A DNA stretch of 64,000 nt from contig OY970399.1 of the NCBI GenBank assembly GCA_963720545.1, forward strand, positions 1,440,001-1,504,000, read 5' to 3'. The notes beneath the pieces were generated by a model. That model was not told where the DNA came from. It searched no databases and saw only the letters and a list, made by a program, of their open reading frames with translations. The position numbers and the translations under genes are program-made. The stretch is from an uncultured Acidobacteriota bacterium. Lineage in GTDB: Bacteria; Acidobacteriota; Vicinamibacteria; Fen-336. Shown here in pieces: positions 57,884 to 64,000 of this stretch; the first letter of the stretch is position 1, and every line of letters begins with the position of its first letter.

Positions 57884-59332
57884 GTGAGCACCTTCGACCT
57901 GCCTCCCGACGAGATCCGCCGGCTGGGCCGGCTCGTGGTCGATGCCGTCGCCGACAACCAGGGTTCGCTCCTCGAGCGCCCGGTGTTCGGCAAGGTCGGT
58001 ACGAGCGCCGAGGCCTTCCGCGAGCCGCTGCCGCGGCAGCCGCAGCCGTTCGAGGAGGTGCTGCAGCAGGTGCGCACGCGCATTTTGCCGTTTCCCATGG
58101 GCAATGCGCACCCGCGCTTCTTCGGCTTCATCAACGCGACGCCCGATCCTCTTGGCGTGTTCGCCGACTTCATGGCGGCGTCGATGAACCCGAACTGCTG
58201 GGGCGGCGATCACGCGGCGATCCATGTGGAGTCGGCGGTGATCCGCTGGCTGGCCGAGGCGGTCGGCTTTCCGCAGGCCGCCGACGGCATCCTGGTGTCG
58301 GGCGGGTCGATGGCGAACTTCACCGCCATCGCCACCGCGCGCCGCGCCCGCTTCCGCGGCGACGTCCGTGAACACGGGATGAACGCCGACAAACCGCTCG
58401 TCATCTATGCTTCCGACCAGGTGCACGCCTGCGTGGACAAGGCCGCCGACCTGCTGGGCTTCGGCATGCGCCACCTGCGCAAGATCCCCACCGACGACGC
58501 GTTCCGCATGGACCTCGCGCAACTGCGCAGCGCGATCGCGGCGGATCGCGCGGCCGGCCTCGATCCCGCGATCGTGGTGGGCACCGCGGGCACCGTGAAC
58601 ACCGGTGCCATCGATCCGCTCGAGGCACTCGCCGACATCGCACGCGACGAGGACATGTGGTTCCATGTGGACGGCGCGTACGGTGCGCTTGCCACCCTCT
58701 CGCCGCGGCTGCGGGCCCTGTTTTGCGGCATCGAGCGCGCCGACTCGGTGGCCATGGACCCGCACAAGTGGATGTACGTTCCGTTCGAGGCCGGCGCCAC
58801 GCTGGTCCGCGAAGGCGGCCGCATGGGCGCGGCGTTCCGCCGCTTTCCCGAGTACCTCGCCTCCGACGCCGACAGCCCGTTCCCGGGGCCGGCCTGGTTT
58901 GCCGAACGCGGCGTCGAGCTGTCGCGCAGCTTCAAGGCACTGAAGGTGTGGATCGGCCTCAAGACCCACGGCGCCGACGCGTATGCCGCTTCTATCGAAC
59001 GCGACTGCGCGCTGGCGCAGCACCTCTGCGAGGCCGTGGACGCACGGCCCGACCTGGAGCGGCTCGCCGATTCACCCCTCTCGATCGCCAACTTCCGCTT
59101 CCGGCCCAGGGGCGCGAATCTCGACGACGCAGCGCTCGACAGGATCAACCGCGGCATCGTCAACGCGCTGATGCGCAGCGGCTCCTTCTTCCTGGCGCCC
59201 ACCATCCTGCGCGGCCGCGCCTCGATCCGGGTCTCGATCACCAATTTCCGCACCCAGCCAGCCGATCTGGACGCCTTGGTGGACGCCGTGGAACATCAAG
59301 GGGCACAGGCACTTGCAGCCCTGCAACCTTAA
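57884..59332 (+). CDS. PLP-dependent group II (aromatic amino acid-type) decarboxylase
   Basis: HPRFFGF, SGGSMAN, AGTVNTGAIDP, HVDGAYG and DPHKW. Confidence 0.92.
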   Translation: MSTFDLPPDEIRRLGRLVVDAVADNQGSLLERPVFGKVGTSAEAFREPLPRQPQPFEEVLQQVRTRILPFPMGNAHPRFFGFINATPDPLGVFADFMAASMNPNCWGGDHAAIHVESAVIRWLAEAVGFPQAADGILVSGGSMANFTAIATARRARFRGDVREHGMNADKPLVIYASDQVHACVDKAADLLGFGMRHLRKIPTDDAFRMDLAQLRSAIAADRAAGLDPAIVVGTAGTVNTGAIDPLEALADIARDEDMWFHVDGAYGALATLSPRLRALFCGIERADSVAMDPHKWMYVPFEAGATLVREGGRMGAAFRRFPEYLASDADSPFPGPAWFAERGVELSRSFKALKVWIGLKTHGADAYAASIERDCALAQHLCEAVDARPDLERLADSPLSIANFRFRPRGANLDDAALDRINRGIVNALMRSGSFFLAPTILRGRASIRVSITNFRTQPADLDALVDAVEHQGAQALAALQP

Positions 59333-59380
59333 GGCGGCCGGCAAGCGTCTCACTCATCGATTGTGGGTTTTGCTCTGTCG

Positions 59381-59956
59381 ATGACAGCCGGCCGCACCTT
59401 CACCCCGCGAACCCCGCGCAGTGACGCGGACAAGGCGCGCGAGATCGAACTCGTACGCCAGGCGCAGGGCGGCGACACGTCTGCCTTCGAAGAGCTCTAT
59501 CGCGCCAACGTGAACCGGGTGTATGCGGTGTGCTATCGAATGTCGAGGAACGCGACGCGCGCGGAGGAGTTGACCCAGGACGTGTTCGTGCGCGCCTGGA
59601 ACAAGCTCGGCCTGTTCCGCGGCGAGAGCGCCTTCTTCACCTGGCTCTACCCGCTCGCCGTCAACCTGATCTTCTCGGAGCGCCGCGTCACGGTGCGCGA
59701 AGAATCGCGCTTCACCGCGAGCGAGGACATCGAGGGCTTCGAGCCGGCGGTGCCGGCGGCGAAGACCGGGCTGCGCATGGACCTGGAAAAGGCGATCCAG
59801 CACCTGCCCGCCGGCGCGCGGCGCATCTTCGTGCTGCACGACGTCGAAGGCTACAAGCACGAAGAGATCGCGAACATGACCGGCCTTGCGGTCGGCACAT
59901 CGAAAGCGCAGCTCCACCGGGCACGGCGGATGCTGCAGGAGGCACTGTGTTCATGA
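59381..59956 (+). CDS. ECF RNA polymerase sigma factor
   Basis: AFEELY, AEELTQDVFVRAW, F.TWL, H.EIA and GTSKAQLHRAR. Confidence 0.93.
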   Translation: MTAGRTFTPRTPRSDADKAREIELVRQAQGGDTSAFEELYRANVNRVYAVCYRMSRNATRAEELTQDVFVRAWNKLGLFRGESAFFTWLYPLAVNLIFSERRVTVREESRFTASEDIEGFEPAVPAAKTGLRMDLEKAIQHLPAGARRIFVLHDVEGYKHEEIANMTGLAVGTSKAQLHRARRMLQEALCS

Positions 59957-60699
59957 CGTGCGAAGAAGTCGTCCTGCATCTCGACGAAGCGCAACAGAAC
60001 GAGGCCGCCGTTTCTCAGGAAGCCGGCGCGCACCTCGCCGAATGCGCCGGGTGCGCAGCCTACGCCACGTTCCTCGCGCAGCTGCGCACCGAGGTCGCGG
60101 CGCTGCCGCGCTCGCTGGCGCCGTCGCGCGACCTGTGGGCGGACATCGAACAGCAGATCGCGAAGGAGCGCGTGGTCCCGATCACGCGCTTCCGCACCGC
60201 CGCCTTCGCGCCGTGGCTTGCTGCGGCGGCGGCGCTCATCGTCGGCGTCGGCGCCGGCATGTGGTGGATGAAGACGCAGCCGGCGAGCAACACCGCACCA
60301 ACGCAAGTCGCAACGGCCGCGACGCCGGCTTCGTCCGCTCCGTCGCCAACTGCGTCGGCGCCTGAGCCGGCGTCGTCCGCTCCGGCCAGCGCAATCCCGG
60401 TGGCCGCGCAGCCGAACGCAACGGCGGCGGCGTGGCCGGCGTCGTATGAGACAGGAGCCGCCGAGTTCACGCGGGCCACGGCCGACCTGAGGTCGGCGCT
60501 GGCAGCCCGCAAGGACACGATGACCCCGGAAACGAGGGCCGTGGTGGAGAAGAACCTTGCGGTGATCGACACGGCCCTGCGGGACATCGAGAGCGCCTTG
60601 AGGAAGGACCCGAACAACAGCGACCTGGTGCGGATGCTGGGCGCCATGCGCAAGCGCAAGATCGAGACGCTGCAGCTGGTCGTGAAGCTGACGGCGTAG
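59953..60699 (+). CDS. Zinc-binding membrane anti-sigma factor
   Basis: C...HLAECAGC ZAS motif, one TM helix, ATGA overlap with the sigma gene. Confidence 0.82.
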   Translation: MTCEEVVLHLDEAQQNEAAVSQEAGAHLAECAGCAAYATFLAQLRTEVAALPRSLAPSRDLWADIEQQIAKERVVPITRFRTAAFAPWLAAAAALIVGVGAGMWWMKTQPASNTAPTQVATAATPASSAPSPTASAPEPASSAPASAIPVAAQPNATAAAWPASYETGAAEFTRATADLRSALAARKDTMTPETRAVVEKNLAVIDTALRDIESALRKDPNNSDLVRMLGAMRKRKIETLQLVVKLTA

Positions 60700-60755
60700 C
60701 GGCAGGGCCCGCCGATGGGAACGAAGCGGCAAAGGAAATGAAAGTGGGAGCAATC

Positions 60756-61667
60756 ATGAATCGATTCGCAATGGCAATGCTGGCGACGCTGCTGGCCGGT
60801 GCCGCGGCCAGGGCCGACACCAAGATCGACGAACGCCGCGCGGCGACCAAGGACGCGAAGGTCTCGATCGAAGCCGGCAGCGGCAACGTCCGCGTCATCG
60901 GCTGGGAGAAGCTCGAGGTGCAGGTGACGGGCTCGATCCTCGAAGACCGGGCGAGCCTCTCGTTCGAGAGCGAGAACGGGCGCGTCGACATCAGCGTCGA
61001 CGCAGAGCACTACGACCCGCGCGCCGCCAAGGCCGACCTCGAGATCCACGTGCCCTTCGGCAGCCAGGTGTCGGTGGACGGCTTCGCCTCGGAAATCAGC
61101 GTCGCCGGCATCGCCGGCTCGGTGGAAGCCGAAGCCGTCAACGGCAGCATCAAGGTGCAGGCGACCGGCGGTTCGATCCATGCCACCACGGTCAACGGCA
61201 CCGTCGACGTGGACAGCAAGGGCGGCGCCGTCCATGCCGAGTCGGTGAACGGCCGGGTGAGCGTGCGCGGCGGCGCCGACAACCTCGAAGCGAGCACGGT
61301 GAACGGCGAGCTGGTGGTTGCCATCGGCCGCTCGAGCAATGTCGACCTGCAGACCGTCTCGGGCCCGCTGCAGTTCAGCGGCACGATCGCGGACGCGGGT
61401 TCGATGAGCGCCGAAAGCGTCTCGGGCTCGATCGACCTCGACTTTGGCGCCGGCCAGAACGCGACAGTAGACATCACCACCTTCAGCGGCAGCATCCAGG
61501 GCGGCCCCAAGGGCCGCCGCAAGGGCAAGCGCTGGCACGAAGGCGAAAAGACCACCGAGATCACCATCGGCACCGGCAGCGCCAAAGTATCGGTCAACAC
61601 CCTGAGCGGCGCCATCAACGTCAAGGGCGCCGACATGGAAGTGGAACCGTCCACCGACCAGCAGTAG
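60756..61667 (+). CDS. DUF4097 beta-strand-repeat (putative adhesin) secreted protein
   Basis: Repeated T/SVNG and TVSG units; signal peptide; start 60756 or 60738. Confidence 0.85.
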   Translation: MNRFAMAMLATLLAGAAARADTKIDERRAATKDAKVSIEAGSGNVRVIGWEKLEVQVTGSILEDRASLSFESENGRVDISVDAEHYDPRAAKADLEIHVPFGSQVSVDGFASEISVAGIAGSVEAEAVNGSIKVQATGGSIHATTVNGTVDVDSKGGAVHAESVNGRVSVRGGADNLEASTVNGELVVAIGRSSNVDLQTVSGPLQFSGTIADAGSMSAESVSGSIDLDFGAGQNATVDITTFSGSIQGGPKGRRKGKRWHEGEKTTEITIGTGSAKVSVNTLSGAINVKGADMEVEPSTDQQ

Positions 61668-61692
61668 CCGCCGCTCGTACCAGCCGTCCGCA

Positions 61693-61723
61693 ACGCCCTG
61701 GCCCCACGCCAGGGCGTTTTTTT
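61693..61723 (+). terminator. Intrinsic terminator
   Basis: ACGCCCTGGC-CCCAC-GCCAGGGCGT followed by a T run. Confidence 0.9.
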
Positions 61724-61740
61724 ATCGGAAGGTCCAGGTC

Positions 61741-61885
61741 ATCGGCGGATGGCTGCGGTTCGATCCCATCCGCCGATTTTCGTTACGGGATTCGTTGCCG
61801 TCGGATGCTTCGTTCCTATTCCCTGGAAGATTCCTTCCCTTACGCTCGAAACGCGCACAGCCAACTGCGTCCGGACGCAGTTGGC
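61741..61885. repeat. Second copy of the REP-like modules (hairpin 61741-61777; 26-bp palindrome 61860-61885)
   Basis: ATCGGCGGATGG-N13-CCATCCGCCGAT; GCCAACTGCGTCCGGACGCAGTTGGC. Confidence 0.85.
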
Positions 61886-61894
61886 CAAACGTGG

Positions 61895-62503
61895 CTACAC
61901 GGTGGGCTGGATGCGGAAGACGTAGCCCGTGAGCGGCGAGGTGAGCGAGCGGACGAAGGCCTGGGCGGCCGCGGCGGCGGGAACTGGCGTGAAGCCGGCG
62001 AAGGTGTCGCCGTAGTGGGCGATCGATTCGCTGAAGACGGTGGGGCTGACGGCGTTGATGCGGAGGCCGCGGGGCATTTCTACTGCCGCTGCCATCACCC
62101 AGGCTTCGAGGGCGCCGTTGACGAGGGATGCGACCGAACCCGCGCGCACCGGGACGCTGGCGAGGATGCCGGTGATGATCGTGAACGAGCCGCCGTCGTT
62201 GACTCGGTCGAGGCCCTGGCGCACCAGTTCCACCTGGCCCAGCAGCTTGTCGCGGGTGCCTGCCTCGAAATCGGCGCGGGTCAGGTTGACGAGCGGCTTG
62301 AATGGCACCGAGCCGGCGGCACAGATGACCGCGTCCACCTTGCCAACTGCTGCGTAGAGGGCGGTTATCGAATCAGGTTTGGTGATGTCTACGGCCAGCT
62401 TGCCCTTGCGACTCGCGCCGACGACCTCATGGTTCCTCTCCGACAGCGCCTCGTTGATCGCGGATCCCAGCACGCCCGATGCGCCGACGAGAAGTATCTT
62501 CAT
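61895..62503 (-). CDS. Short-chain dehydrogenase (short atypical type)
   Basis: VGASGVLG, VDI, DAVICAAG, KLLGQV and RINAVSP. Confidence 0.9.
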   Translation of the reverse strand: MKILLVGASGVLGSAINEALSERNHEVVGASRKGKLAVDITKPDSITALYAAVGKVDAVICAAGSVPFKPLVNLTRADFEAGTRDKLLGQVELVRQGLDRVNDGGSFTIITGILASVPVRAGSVASLVNGALEAWVMAAAVEMPRGLRINAVSPTVFSESIAHYGDTFAGFTPVPAAAAAQAFVRSLTSPLTGYVFRIQPTV

Positions 62504-62512
62504 GGCTGCATG

Positions 62513-64000
62513 CTAGAACGCGAGGCCAGCGTTGAGGTAGAAGCGGCTGCCTGCGAATGGGCCCGCGGAACCCTTGCGCAGCGGCACCGCGTAGCCGCCG
62601 GCAAGCGTCATCGGCACGATGTGGAACACCATGAGGTCTGCGCCGATCTGCGCGCCGGCCGAGACGGCGGCATCGTGCCAGTCGAAGTCGGCCGGCACGC
62701 TGACGGGAAAGCCGTGCCACGCGATCGCGGAATCGAGGAAGGCCGCGGCGTGGATGTGGCGCACGAATATCGGCAACGAACGGATGCCGCGTTGCGGGTG
62801 CGCGAGCGGCACGCGCAGTTCGGCGTTGGCGTAGGCCAGGTCCCTTCCGGTGAGGGCGCCACCGTCGAAGCCGCGCAGCACCGAAGGGCGTACGCGGCCG
62901 ACGTCGAACAAGCCGGCGTCCACGAAGCCGCCGGCTGCGAACGAGTCGAAGAAGCGTGGCTCGCCGAAGGTGGTGCCGGCACCGGCCGTCATTGCCAAAA
63001 CCGCGTTCCCCGCGACGCGTGCGTACCCGCGCAAGTCGGCGTTGAGCCGCGTGAGCGACAGGTCGCTGCCGAAGGCGCGCGCCTCGTGCAGCACCGACAC
63101 CTGGGCCTGCACTCCGTCCTGCGCCGAGATCGACCACGGATAGCGCTTCAGGCTCGTGTAAACGAGGTTCGCGGCGAGTCCGCCAAGCCTCACGGAGCGC
63201 TCGGTCGAGTCGATGACGCTCTGGCGTTCGCCGCGCAGGCCCGCGGTGATGGCGGTTTCCCAGCGCACGCGGCGCACGATCGGCGTGGTTGCCCGGACGC
63301 TGAGCGACCGGGTGCGGACGGATGTGTTCGCGACGATGCCGCTGCCGCTGGTGTCGTCTTCGGCCACGAGCAGGATTGTCGGGCGCCACCGGTCGTAGCG
63401 GTAGAAGCCGCGTGCGCCGAAGCGTTCGGTTTCGAAGCCGCGGTGCACCTCGATGCCGTAGGCGTGGCGCAGCAGCGGATCGGCGGCTGCCGTGAGGGCG
63501 CCGACCTTCCATTCGCCGTCGTCGACCTCCACGAACGGGCTCCAGAAGCGCGGCAGCAGCTCGTGGAACGGCCGGTACGGCGCTGTCCGTGCCTCGCTCG
63601 ACGGGTCTGCGCGCGATACGGCGTAGGTGTCCGCGAACTCCGGCGCAGGCTGGCCGCGCGTGAACGCCGTGGTCTCGATGTCGTAGCCCGCGCCGCTGTA
63701 GCCGGCGAAGACCAGTGTCTTGCCATCGGGCGAGATGCCCGGCGAGAAAGCGCCGCCCACGACGTTCGTGACCCGCTGCAGCGGGCCTCCCGTCACCGCG
63801 ACCTTGTAGATGTTGGGAACGCCGTCGCGGCTGGAGCGGAACACGACCTCGCTGCCGTCGGGAGTGAAGCTGGGCTCGACATCCTGCGCTCGGTCGTTGG
63901 TCAGGGTTTTCATCGCGCCGCTCGCAAGGTCGAGAAGCACGATGTCGAGCAGGCTGCCCGGGCTCCAGCGGGCGGCCACCAATGAGCGGCCGTCGGGACT
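62513..64000 (-). CDS. PD40/TolB-like repeats plus Omp85 (BamA/TamA-like) barrel protein, 5' truncated by window edge
   Basis: SPDG repeats; VLRGF loop motif, NAELRVPL and terminal aromatic ...GLAF. Confidence 0.8.
   Translation of the reverse strand, partial: SPDGRSLVAARWSPGSLLDIVLLDLASGAMKTLTNDRAQDVEPSFTPDGSEVVFRSSRDGVPNIYKVAVTGGPLQRVTNVVGGAFSPGISPDGKTLVFAGYSGAGYDIETTAFTRGQPAPEFADTYAVSRADPSSEARTAPYRPFHELLPRFWSPFVEVDDGEWKVGALTAAADPLLRHAYGIEVHRGFETERFGARGFYRYDRWRPTILLVAEDDTSGSGIVANTSVRTRSLSVRATTPIVRRVRWETAITAGLRGERQSVIDSTERSVRLGGLAANLVYTSLKRYPWSISAQDGVQAQVSVLHEARAFGSDLSLTRLNADLRGYARVAGNAVLAMTAGAGTTFGEPRFFDSFAAGGFVDAGLFDVGRVRPSVLRGFDGGALTGRDLAYANAELRVPLAHPQRGIRSLPIFVRHIHAAAFLDSAIAWHGFPVSVPADFDWHDAAVSAGAQIGADLMVFHIVPMTLAGGYAVPLRKGSAGPFAGSRFYLNAGLAF

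Overview
High-GC bacterial chromosomal window, mostly core genome. Gene content suggests Acidobacteriota, possibly Vicinamibacteria; this is inference only. About 57 CDS are supportable. Housekeeping genes: gatB (3' end), methylmalonyl-CoA mutase, eno, glgC, pta, rpsU, rsmI (frameshifted), purD, purE, purF, purL, purQ, purS, purB, pdxJ, udk and surE. Other genes include a PDZ/GAF/PAS kinase + sigma-54 regulator + DUF4388 operon facing a STAS + three GT4 operon, two S9 peptidases, an OPT transporter, an IorAB-like molybdoenzyme, an ECF sigma/anti-sigma/DUF4097 operon and several outer-membrane proteins. I found no rRNA, tRNA, CRISPR array, transposase or prophage. The best candidate for an undescribed system is an unannotated ~170-nt minus-strand unit at 31560-31764. 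It has its own promoter, an 18-nt tract complementary to the canonical 16S rRNA 3' end, a 16-codon ORF and its own terminator. Also notable: mosaic palindromic repeats shared by two intergenic regions (34.3-34.8 kb and 61.7-61.9 kb), many apparently leaderless genes, probable CTG starts and a probable alkaline-phosphatase-fold pseudoenzyme. All product calls come from motif recognition by eye; no database searches were run.
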